64,000 bases of DNA from Bugula neritina (taxonomy: Eukaryota > Animalia > Bryozoa), in assembly GCA_964035545.1 (NCBI GenBank), contig OZ037770.1, forward strand, positions 7,632,973-7,696,972. Direction: 5' to 3'. The notes under the pieces are model-generated. The model had not been told where the DNA came from. It made no database searches and saw only the letters and a list, made by a program, of their open reading frames with translations. Shown piece by piece: positions 40,401 to 49,732 of the stretch; position 1 is the stretch's first letter; each line of letters opens with the position of its first letter. The position numbers and the translations under genes were made by a program.

Positions 40401-43219
40401 GTTTAGTTGCAACTATGTATTGTGAGCACAGTTTGTCATTGTCGCTGCAAGAAGCTTCTTGCTATGTACAGTTGCTGGCTTGTGTATGTTCTCATGGTCA
40501 CTGTTAGAAGAATGACTCCATAATACTGGGTTGGCAGTTTTCTTGCTCCTTCTCTGTTGAGACTGACAGCGTGCAGTATAGTGGTTATATTTGTTACTGT
40601 TGCTGCATTGTCAGCCATAAGCTGAGAAAGATCTAAGAAGGCGACTACTGCCACAATTACCACATTGCAGGCTGTTTCTCATTGGATTCCTTTGTCTTCA
40701 TGGCTCTGTTATTTGGTAATTCCTGTTTCTGTTGCCTCTTGACTGTAATTTATTTTGTTTCTAACTAGACTGGCTTCTTTGCTGTCCTCACCTATCCTCT
40801 CCTATCCTCTCCACTCTGTCTTGTCCGGGTCACTGTCAAGGTGTTATATTCTATAGAGGATGATTCTTCCTGTCTGAAAATCTCAATAGCTTTGTCTAGA
40901 TTATTGTCTGATATGTCAAAGTTATTATGTGGAGGGTACTGTCACTTTCAATACCCTAAATAGGAGCATGCAGCACCATGCTGTCACATCTTGTCTGGAA
41001 GTCCTACACTCCTCTATAGTATGTATGTCACTAATCAATCCATCAAGAGTTTGTTGCCTTGTATGCAACTCGATAAAAAGTAGTTTTAGTTATAATATTT
41101 ACAACTGGTTCACAGTAGTCATTACATTTCTCTATTACTTCTTCGTCCAAGTCAGATGTCCATGTGAAAGAGTTGTAGATTAGGTTTCCTCTTCTGCCTA
41201 TAGTTTGTAGTAACAGAGCTGCCTGTACTCTGCTCTTGGCAGCGTTTTGATGTGGCAACTAAACACGGCTCTAAGTCCATCTTATAAACTTTCCAGTCCT
41301 CTCATCAATAGCTTCATCTGTTAATGGTTTAGGTGCTGTATTATAGAAGCTGTTTGTTATACGACTAAACTTAAACTCAGGACATCATGTTAATGTGTTG
41401 ATGTCTGTGATAGTAATATTCCCATTAGAGACTAACAGAAGAAGAAGAACTTGTAATAGAGATTCTACAGAGTGATGACAACTCCCACACTGTCAACCTG
41501 TCCACCACAAAGGAGCTGGATTGTGGGAAGCTTCAAGACTTCTTTTGCTTTGACCACATCCTAGTGTTGCTTTTCCCTAGAAAATGTGTCTTTTATAATT
41601 GGAAGAAATCAGAGGTGTTGCAAGAAGAGCAGGTATGTGTTTTGATGTGTAATATTGTGTTTATAGGTTGTTAATATTAAATACTAATTATTAAAGCATT
41701 AGTACTATTAATGCTACACTGCATCGAGAAATGGTTGCGATTATTATGTACTTATAGTGTGATTTTCATCCCATAATAGCACAAATGACAATGTATCCCA
41801 GACTGAGGCGGAAATCTGAAATTTAGGAAATTGTCTTTCTACTACTAGTTGCGTCTTGCAGGTTGCTAAATCAAGTGTGATAACTTCACAATCCAACACA
41901 TTTATTCTGAAGAGTAACTGTAACATATTCTCATACAAGATTCAACATGGACTGGAGAAACTCAACACGGAGCCTCTGAAACTCAGTCACAAGACGGATC
42001 AGGTTATCATCAGTGAGTATTCCCTCCTTAGAATACAGACTTGATATCAACAGTACTTCTATCAGACAGTATACAGGTTTGTTTAATTTGTTATACATTG
42101 TAGCTCCTAATGGACTTCATGTTGTGACTATTGAGCAAAAGAAGATGCTAAACATGTACCGGATAGGAGATCTGAGCACAGTGATTGGACAATATTCAAT
42201 GTATGGAGAAATTGAGAGAGTTGTGTTCTCCAGTGATTCGGCATACATTGTATGTGGTATAGCTGACACGAGGCTGTTTTACTTGATGCTGTGTGATGTG
42301 GAAGTTGATGGACATCATCAAAGAGCTCTGGTATGTGAATAGTTTGGTTATTGGTTCATTCAGAAAATGGGAGGTTTTTTACCAACATTCTCTATTGTTC
42401 CATCATGTCTATATAGAGTATTACTGATACATATCTATATTGCAGTATTGACCATATAAATATAATCACAATAAAACTAATTTATTTCCGCATTTGTGAT
42501 AATTTTCTGTATTTCAAAGATTTAGTATACCAGTCATACACCAATCAACTTAAATTTGAAATTTCCTCTTGCTTCCTTATATTTATATTTTCCTGAGTTG
42601 CCTCATCTCTGTACTAATATGGTTAAATGTTTTACATGCATCTAGATTCTAGTGCATTCAGTAGTGTGAAGTGCTGAGCAGGGCTCCGTGATGTTAACCA
42701 GTGTATAGCCTGATGCTTGTCATTCTCAATTTATTATAATAATATTTCAGGCTTTACAAAAGAGAAGTTATACAAGTGATGAAGTGAAAACTGGTAAGAT
42801 CATAATAGAGAGTGCCGGGAAAGAGGATGATAGTTCGGATGACGAAGTTCAGTCTGAGACATTTTCAGAAAACATAAATGAGTTGCTTTGTAAGTGTTTT
42901 ATTATTTCTTTGTTTAGATAATGTAAAATTTGTGCCTACTTTTTAACGGAAAGAAAATTTTCATTAACATCTTTTAGTTTTAGTGTAATATTGCTTTTCT
43001 CTGCCTAACTAAAAAGAACTATTACATTAAAATTGTCACATACATTTTTGTTATATAAGGTTATGTTTCTTGTACATTTCAGCTAACCCTATTGAAACTG
43101 CTTTAAAGAAAGTGGAAGGCTTATTGATTTCAAGATGTCTGTCAAAGGGGAATAGTCCAATCAGGGCTATTAGATCAGTTAAAGCTAAGAAGAAAGTTGT
43201 GGGCAATGTCCGAGATTAG
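12321..43219 (+). CDS. NACHT and WD-repeat domain protein (NWD1/NWD2 family; DUF4062-like N-terminus, NACHT NTPase, divergent WD40), multi-exon
   Basis: GT-AG exons (approximate; phase checked for the 5' exons): 12321-12375, 12493-12672 (KIFLSSTFS), 12803-12891 (DMYVERNYL), 13635-13751 ([23 protein letters not shown]), 20733-20924 ([22 protein letters not shown]), 22369-22519, 22942-23077, 23667-23872, 24509-24660 (FQGRDD), 24850-25054 (Walker [10 protein letters not shown]; [10 protein letters not shown]), 25571-25694 (Walker [11 protein letters not shown]), 25996-26127 ([18 protein letters not shown]), 27411-27514, 27884-28052, 28722-28942 ([31 protein letters not shown]), 29302-29452 (WYHRQF), 29579-29787 (PNLRKL.QLP). 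About 18 further exons lead to stop TAG at 43217-43219. Confidence 0.9.
13012..13214 (-). mobile_element. tRNA-derived SINE (copy 1), intronic
   Basis: The reverse complement begins GGGAGCAGCGGTGGTCTAGGGGTTAGAGCG (A-box) and contains GGGTTCAAACCC (B-box). It is collinear with the copy at 30490-30705. Confidence 0.85.
13333..13647 (+). repeat. ~53-bp tandem repeat made of copies of the NWD intron/exon acceptor junction
   Basis: Six TTACAG|GTTGTA copies with AG ending at 13352, 13405, 13458, 13526, 13581 and 13634. Only the last continues into the coding exon (VVDMRWG). Confidence 0.9.
13912..14494 (+). repeat. 5' LTR (583 bp)
   Basis: Near-identical to 20132-20705. Contains TATATAA (14328-14334), AATAAA (14392-14397) and an internal 24-bp direct repeat AATAYTGTAATTATAGCTAAGCTC. 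Confidence 0.97.
14496..14513 (+). promoter_or_regulatory. Primer-binding site complementary to tRNA-Leu(AAG/TAG)
   Basis: TGGTGGCAGCGGTGGGAT lies 1 nt after the 5' LTR and is the complement of the ...AUCCCACCGCUGCCA-CCA 3' end of metazoan tRNA-Leu. Confidence 0.9.
14567..15505 (+). CDS. gag: Gypsy Gag (312 aa, open) with CCHC zinc knuckle
   Basis: Uninterrupted ORF with capsid-like RPPIFGG...[12 protein letters not shown] and knuckle [14 protein letters not shown]. Confidence 0.9.
   Translation: MGEEGEVEVMREEVEEEEEGEGDCLTMETLITALREVGKTGQAAPGDRYRLRPPIFGGDGYIEQFIREFEEVATLAEWPAPVRLLHLRTCLTGQAKSYALGPNTAHIFQSLRSRFGLTARAARDRLRTIRRDRKTSLQDHANAIEALVQVAHSNDTPEAQRSAVYEAFFHTISNPGLQRYYLAAKVTTIEEALALGKAYYQVDGPQCADFTACQIEEQPEVIKPDQPSPQAMAVATATPSPDQMTMLMDMVKGLQADMKRMQQEQTDRRAPRPRGEPISTSHLTCWGCGARGHVRRQCPQERRVSLNTQGSR
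15481..15546 (+). promoter_or_regulatory. Programmed -1 ribosomal frameshift signal (U_UUA_AAC plus downstream stem-loop or possible pseudoknot)
   Basis: T TTA AAC at 15481-15487 is in the gag frame. After a 6-nt spacer comes a 10-bp stem, GGCTCACGGT (15494-15503) / ACCGTGGGCC (15515-15524). The -1 frame is open (ORF 15418-16020). Confidence 0.8.
15481..20025 (+). pseudogene. pol: Gypsy pol (PR-RT-RH-IN), inactivated
   Basis: Frameshift near the C9 run (15893-15901); in-frame stops at 16881, 16917, 16977, 17178 and 18357; a 10-bp duplication GGCCGACCCT at 18693-18712; an apparent in-frame deletion in the integrase after [11 protein letters not shown] (~19150). Confidence 0.9.
20118..20131 (+). 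promoter_or_regulatory. Polypurine tract
   Basis: GGGGGGGGGGAGAA immediately precedes the 3' LTR. Confidence 0.9.
20132..20705 (+). repeat. 3' LTR (574 bp)
   Basis: By eye it differs from the 5' LTR by three C/T substitutions and one small complex indel near its start. Confidence 0.97.
21001..21427. mobile_element. Foldback MITE with ~185-bp imperfect terminal inverted repeats
   Basis: The left end TCATTTTACTTAATTTAGTACACACTGGATATCTTCAG pairs with the right end CTGAAGATATCCAGTGTGTACTAAATTAAGTAAAATGA. Pairing continues inward to a short spacer. A partial second copy is at 53796-54042. Confidence 0.85.
23909..24374 (-). mobile_element. Solo LTR, intronic
   Basis: Termini TGTAGT...TATCACA, the same style as 44882-45290. 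Flanks are TTAT/GTAT (imperfect TSD). Minus-strand TATAAA (~24080) and AATAAA (~24010) are present. Confidence 0.6.
26129..27210. repeat. 22-bp minisatellite (TATGTCTCTCATATACTATAAC)n starting at the donor site
   Basis: About 49 copies; the first degenerate unit starts at +2 of the intron (donor GT at 26128). Confidence 0.95.
27516..27850. repeat. 17-bp minisatellite (TAGTATGATATATAGTA)n filling most of an intron
   Basis: Starts at the donor (GT at 27515) and ends ~33 nt before the acceptor at 27883. Confidence 0.95.
30490..30705 (+). mobile_element. tRNA-derived SINE (copy 2) with 17-bp target-site duplication
   Basis: A-box TGGTCTAGGGG and B-box GTTCGAGCCC. Flanked by TTGCTCGCAACAATATT (30473-30489) and TTGCTCGCAAAAATATT (30706-30722). 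Confidence 0.88.
32666..33146. repeat. 50-bp minisatellite ending at the polypyrimidine tract
   Basis: Units start at 32671, 32721 ... 33121 (CACTGTGTTATACAGTACTGTAGTAATTAGACTCACACTGTATACTTATT). The acceptor AG is at 33167. Confidence 0.95.
37037..37180. repeat. 36-bp x4 repeat beginning exactly at a donor GT
   Basis: GTATGTCTTCTGCTACATGGCAGGTGTTATTTACCT with copies at 37037, 37073, 37109 and 37145. Confidence 0.9.
38357..38583. repeat. 21-bp minisatellite (ACAGTGACTGTTACTAAGGAT)n
   Basis: About 11 copies, ending ~70 nt before the acceptor at 38655. Confidence 0.92.
39250..41390 (-). mobile_element. Heavily decayed Mag-type Ty3/Gypsy internal fragment (gag to RT), intronic
   Basis: Minus-strand fragments [34 protein letters not shown] (Mag Gag-like), [15 protein letters not shown] and [23 protein letters not shown] (RT-like). 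Many stops and frameshifts. Confidence 0.7.
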
Positions 43220-43891
43220 TTTCTTGCCTATTTTGGTAGACAAATACAAAACTGTTAATGCATTGTTTCATTCCTCTATTAACTGTTGTATTTTTCTGCT
43301 ACAATCTTTTACCTACTTTTATTTATTTTTGACCTCCTTGTAATCCTTTTCTTTATTATGAAATATTTTTCAGTTTAGAGCTGACTAATCACGATTAGAA
43401 GTTACAACAAATCATTAAATGTTTTATTTTCTATTTGTTTTCAACAATTCTAGCTGTGATACTTTTAAAAAAAACTTTGATCAGTGTGCATTTAATGTGA
43501 TTTTTACATTTTCAGTAATAAAATATACAAAGGAAATATACCCAAATCATTTAGTTGTTATTTGTGTTATTTTATATATCTATTGCAACTTGCAACAGAG
43601 CACAGTGTATAAACTATAGAGCAGGGGTGCTTAACCTTTCTAGAGTAGGGGTACTATAGTGGGATATTCAAGTGTGGAGGACCACTCTGTAAACTTCAGA
43701 TTAAGCTGGTAGCTCCATCATCACTATTTTTTAAATTACTTTATTTAAAATTCCTACGAGTCATTACACAATAACTACTGCAGGTGGCATGTTTTGTAGC
43801 ATGTTTATAAATTAAACCATGTGGTTTTTTCTTTATAATTCATATGTGTGTGCAAAATAATTGTATGTGTTATGCCTTAAGGCTTAGCCTA

Positions 43892-44296
43892 TGGCCACAC
43901 GGTGCGTATTTTCGCATGCGAAAATTGAAATCACAAGAGGGCCACATAAATGTAGGCTGGGAGTCGACTCCAGCCCTGGGGCCGCCTGTTGGACAGCCCT
44001 ACTCTAGAGTATACATGGTGGTCTGTTGCAACGAATTGGAAAATGATACGTTTTGTCCAGGGGTCTGTTATGTATAGGCTGTATTGTGCAGTTGAAATGA
44101 CGTTTTTGGCGGTACTATCACGCACGTGCATGTCGCTTACCGTCATGACTACATTATCCTTATGTATAGAGATAGCGTGGTGTGCTGGCGGTAATAGCAC
44201 CATCACTGCACGAGCATGTTCATAGTCCACCATGAAGTATATTAATTGCAGATTTGGCAATAGCCGTGTCTGAGAAAACCGAAGGAGATATTTGCC
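43892..44296. mobile_element. Possible non-autonomous DNA transposon (GGCC-terminal) related to 52996-53409
   Basis: The left end TA-TGGCCACACGGTGCGTATTTTCGCA resembles TA-TGGCCACACTGCACTTATTTTCGCA at 52994. The right end is poorly defined. Confidence 0.4.
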
Positions 44297-44881
44297 TAAA
44301 GTAAACCTTAGTAGTAACTGTAAGTTATAACTTATAACTATTACTAATGTTGATGGTCCAATTTGAGTCAATCATAATATTAATGATTTAATCACAATGT
44401 CATTATTATTATCAGTATCACTATGACTAAGATTATCAATGATTATAACTAAGTTTAACTTTAAAGCTCTACGTTGACATTTATTTGGTGCAATGCTAGT
44501 CACTATATCAATATGCCACTCTAGTTAGAAAATTTACCGTCAATCAATGTCCTATCAAAATTTAACTCAAAGTCAATGTAATTTAATTTTAGCATTATCA
44601 TTATGATCAATTACTACTCTTAGTCTTACTATTACTAACTACTAATACTAATAGTAATACTAATACTAATAGTATTAGTATTACTATTGATATTAGTATT
44701 ATTATTATTATTAATGTTAGCATTAGGTTACTAATGCTTAGACTTATACTTATATCGTTATGCTGTTATAGTTTTCAGAACTATAGCTTGTGGATCTGTT
44801 TTGTATGTTGTCAATTACTGCATCACATGGAGGTTGTGTAATTAACCGAACGACTGATAAGGAACGTGAGAAAATATATAT

Positions 44882-45290
44882 TGTAGTGAATTTTGCCAGT
44901 TCACTATATTATGTGTGGGTCAACTTAAACAAAGCCACTACACCAGGTTGTTTACGCTAAGATAACTTTATTATTTACACGAATACAAGAAGGTTATTTA
45001 CTGCTAACATGAATAGAAAACGATTACATAATTAGTGAGCTTTAATACACAACTACTCTAAATGAAGTCCCAAGCTGCTCTGCCGGCTAGCTACTCAGCG
45101 CACTGCAACTACGAGTAGCTAGCTCCACCTGCTATCAATTAGTGTGCCTGTCTTGATTGGTGGTTACTAGTGGTGCCACTGCTGTCCATAGCTACATGCC
45201 GATGTAGTCGAACTCACAATATAATAAACAGTATAGAGTGAACCTTTTCGATTAATACCAATAATGATTGCACCACTAAAATCTATCACA
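44882..45290 (-). mobile_element. Solo LTR (409 bp) with ATAT TSD, nested in another LTR-like segment (~44800-45541)
   Basis: ATAT at 44878-44881, then TGTAGTG...TATCACA, then ATAT at 45291-45294. Minus-strand AATAAA near 44970; internal 11-bp inverted repeat. Confidence 0.7.
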
Positions 45291-45543
45291 ATATTTGATA
45301 AATAAGATATAATGAAGAAAAGCTTTACATTAGTTGATTAAAAGACAAGAGCACATGAATACAAAGGTTACTATCTAGTTACTAGCCTAGCTGGCTCTAC
45401 TGTGCACGCCTAAGGTACTGTTTATAGAGGTTAGGTCACGCGCTTTAGTCTCCCCTGATTGGAGAACAGCTCCACAGTATTATATACCAGTCCACGCTGT
45501 CTGCCGTATGCAAAACGGGAAGACTAGGGGCAAACGTTACAAC

Positions 45544-47338
45544 TAGCAGAACTATAATATATCTAGACCAATGTTCAGCAAGGGTCAGGAGGACTCCTAC
45601 TTCCGACAACCATTACATCATCCTCTCCAGCAGGAAGCCCACTTCCTGATAAATTCAGATATGGGAAGGAAGTGTATAAAATCGTAATAAAAGTATAAAA
45701 TAAAGAATAAAAGAAATTGCATGTACTTTGACAAACTAATATAATAATAATATATCAAATGGATATTAACAAAAGTCAAAAAACGCAGTATAATATAGCA
45801 ACTGCCATGGAAAGAACAAGTGTCACACAGATATATACACATAAGACATGTCACGGAGGGGGATGATATCACACAAATATACCTAACAGACATGTATGAG
45901 AGAGACAAATATCACACAGATATACATGAGGGTAAGCAACAGTACCGCATGGCTCGTGTCAGTCTGGGGATAGCTCAGTCACGACGTGTCTGCCGCTTGA
46001 GTCTATACAAGGAGTTTTCAAGTAACTGCAGTTCGCTGGTCGCAGCCAAAACTTAAGGAGTGACCCTCTGTAACTTGCCCTCTAAGAAAGATATACGATC
46101 CTCTACTTCACGTATGCTCCTGGCTGTAGAAGGTGCGCGGAGTGGAGAAGGGAAGCTCCTGCATCTTTTCCGCTGCGAACTGGAGGGGACGGAATCTGGA
46201 GAGAGAGAACGCCGGATATGTTCATCAAAGGCGGGGTTAGTGTCCACCCGCTGTAACACTACCCAGGGGGACTGCCGGAGATTGAGATCGGACCGGGATT
46301 TTGGCTTCTTATAGCTTGGGGGTTTAGGAGCCGGGCCCTGAGTAATAGCCCGAGGAGCTGGAAACCCCTGCCACAACCGTTCCAACCGGCTCGAATCCTG
46401 TACGAAGGGTTTGATCAGATCCAGAAACTGGGAATAAGAAGGCTGGTCTACCTTGAATAGGTGTCCTATAAAACAGTTCATGGCTCTTTGATGCCGCAGG
46501 ATGTAATCGCAGTGGTAGCTTTTTTCCCCACACGGGCAGAAGGTGGTGATAAAGTGCTGCGACATGTGAACTCGCAGCCTTCGGGGAGTAGTAAAATGCT
46601 GCTGACAGAGGCAGCGCGTAGTGTTGTCAATATCCCCTCAAGCCTTCGAAATAAGTTGCTCCCTGCATGACGAGGTCCAACAAGATTTGGCTCTAAGAGC
46701 AGGTAGTAGTCGTCTACTGGTGACAGGAGCAAGTGACTGTTTCGGGAGGGGGTCCTCATCCCAAGCTATCTCCAAAGGTGGCATGCTATCAGGTAGTAGA
46801 GATCGAGTGGCTTCTAAAAGAGCAGAATTATTGTTAGATTGACTCGGATCTTTACAACATAATGTTTGTAAAAATCGGCTGTTCATAGCCTGAGAGTCAC
46901 GAACTCCTTTGTACGGCACTCGGGAGATGGAAGGCAACCGTGTAGACTGAGAATAGCATCCAGCTCAAGATCTAGAAGATCGTCGGCCATTACTACACTC
47001 TCGTCATCGTTCACAGTTGACATGGTCCCCAGCAATTTTAACTCAGTTGAATCAACTAAGCTAGAGTTGACTAATAATAGACCCGTTTCCATAGCTAGGA
47101 ATACTAGATCTGTGTGGACTTACCTCAAAACTTGGTATTCAAAGACATACTCAATGTTTGAAGATAGTTAATATACAGAGCTACTAGTACATCTACCCTT
47201 GACTGCGTCATTATATGAAAAGGCTGAACAGCGTGTTCGTCGTGCACGACTGGGGCACGACCTATAGCAGAACTATAATATATCTAGACCAATGCTCAGC
47301 AGGAGTCAGGAGGACTCCTACTTCCGACAACTATTACA
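45544..47338 (-). mobile_element. Non-autonomous LTR-type element: 74-bp direct repeats enclosing a zinc-finger/coiled-coil ORF
   Basis: Direct repeats at 45544-45617 and 47265-47338, each starting TGTAAT on the minus strand. A purine tract (GGAGAGGATGA) precedes the downstream repeat. There is no gag or pol inside. Confidence 0.7.
45977..47092 (-). pseudogene. Disrupted C2H2 zinc finger / coiled-coil accessory ORF (copy 2)
   Basis: ORFs 46638-46937 and 46053-46565 are one frame broken by a TGA and read ...KA*GDIDNTTRCLCQQHFTTPRRLRVHMSQHFITTFCPCGEKSYHCDYILRHQ...IREVEDRISFLEGKLQRVTP*VLAATSELQLL. The N-terminal piece 46883-47092 is frameshifted. Confidence 0.7.
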
Positions 47339-48054
47339 ATACTATAACTATTAGAGCAGCTTTAAGATTTTTCTCATAATAATATTTATATTGGCATTCA
47401 CGTTGTGATACTGATTGTGTTTGACTCTGAGTGATAATCGGTGAATAATGATATTCATATTGAGTTTGGCAATCACAATGACATTCACATTGTCTTGTGG
47501 TACTCAAAATTAATATAATAATAATGGTCATGGTGATTTTATTTTATATCAACCTTGACTCTCACAGCTCTCAGTCTTATTATTTATTAATATGAGTATC
47601 ATTATGACTGTCACTATGCTTGACACTCAAACTCAGTTGCGCCGCTGCCAGTGACTCTGACTGTGAGTAATTATGAGATTGAATTTTTATTTAATGCCAA
47701 CACTAATGAAGTATGAATATGATTGGTAGTAATTTCCAAACTGATTTCACTGATAGTCATGCACATGTTCAGAGGTCATAGGAATAGGCTTAGAGTTAGA
47801 CTTGGTAATTCTCGTAGTCATGGTGACTCTCATAGTGATAGGCTTAGAGTTAGTATCATTAACAACACAGTTATTGAGTTAATTATACCTACTAGTTAGC
47901 ACTACCATTAAATCAATACGATGTTCTATATTAATTAGTCAAGTTAAAGTCAATAGTTGTAGTAATGGTTAAAGCTATTTATAGTGGTTATATTCAGTTT
48001 CTCATGGTAATTGAGTCAGGCTGGTTTGAAAAAACATTGCTCATCTAATGTATC

Positions 48055-48170
48055 CACACACATTCACACACACACACATTCACACACACATTCACACACA
48101 CATTCACACACACATTCACACACACATTCACACACACATTCACACACACATTCACACACATTTACACACA
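48055..48170. repeat. 12-bp (CACACACATTCA)n repeat
   Basis: Direct reading. Confidence 0.9.
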
Positions 48171-49732
48171 GGTTAAATTGTTTCACAGTGTGGTCTAAAC
48201 ACTTAAACTTTCAAATGATATTGTTGGGTGCTAAGCTTGCCATACTAGACGGTGGTTCAACCTACTGTATACAGCAGTTAGCTGTATTTGCTGCTGCAAA
48301 TTTCTATGACTAGAATTAAGAATTTATTAAGCATTTAAGCATAGATATTTTTGTAAATTATATGTTGCATTGTAATGACCAGATTTGGATCGTTACCTAA
48401 GTATAATAGGCCTTAGATTTGTTGATACAAGGTTGATACTTAAATATCAGCAATAGATATGCTATCAGTTTAGAGTACAGGTGCTATGCAGATTTTCGTT
48501 GTAAGCAGAAGCATGTAAGCAGAAATGTTGTAGTGTTATTATAAAAACCACAGGATTATCTGGGCTTAGATCTAATAATTATATAAATATCTCATAATAT
48601 AATTTCATAATATAATATCTCATAATTATATAAATAGTATTGTAGGTATGTGTCTAGCTAGTTCCCAGTCACTAAGATTTTCAATTGACAATATTGTGAC
48701 ATCTTATACTGTAAACAACAGAGAAATATAATTATTCTTCATGAAAGGTACTTGAGAACATCATATTAGTTTGAGTTGGATGGAGAAATGATTTTATTAG
48801 TAATATACTAGTTAGTAGACAAGCTATAATATATACTTCTGTAGAGGTCATTTATACTAGTTTCTATGAAACATAGTATAACGTTTAATAGCTTCAACAA
48901 CCTAAACCAATTTTATTTGATGACTCGATGTTGTTCAATGTCTCACCAGTGAGTATTTAAGAGAATAATTGACCTGTAAAGTTTATAAAGCCAACCAAAA
49001 GTTTTCTTACCAAGTTTAAAGTTTGTAACATAATGTTGTTCAATTGTGGAGTTATTTATACACCAAATAGTAATACGCTGAAAATATTATGTACCACATC
49101 TTTGATGCATCCCCATGTTATATTTAGTTATAATGAAAGCCAGTTCTTTATATGCTGCCACTTTGAGCACTTTCTACCTTACAACACCAAATCTCACAAT
49201 GCATTATTCTAATAGTCTTATCTTGATTATTACTCACACACACACAAAAACAAAACATTATAGTGTATTTCGAGATGGTTAATCGAAAAGATTTTTGGTA
49301 GTTGCATTTTAATCCTCCTGAATAATTTGCTTATGCAGTGTGAATCGTTTAATGCTTATAAAACACATTGAGTGTCATAATCTATGGTGTCAGGTAAAAG
49401 ATCTTTATTCATGATTATGGACTGTTACTATCTAAAACTTTTTTGACATACAGTGCTCCCTCTGTATCTCACTAAGCTCTACAATGCTCCCTCTGTATCT
49501 CACTAAGCTGCCTGTCCTGAAACCTCGATTCGTGACATAATAGAATTTATCATATTTAACTCAGAGATCTGTTAAATTTATCCATTTTGTCCCTACACAC
49601 TTATGTACATAAGCTACAAACTGGGGGTTCAAGCCCTTCATATAACTTATGAAGGGGGCACTGTTATACTTTTCCCATCGGTTCTACAGCATGTAGTAAA
49701 TTGTGCTTGTAGGTTGTGGATGAAATACGAAG

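Noticed and set aside
43621-43700. hAT-like terminus CAGGGGTGCTTAACC
   Set aside because: A single terminus only; no partner TIR or 8-bp TSD was found.
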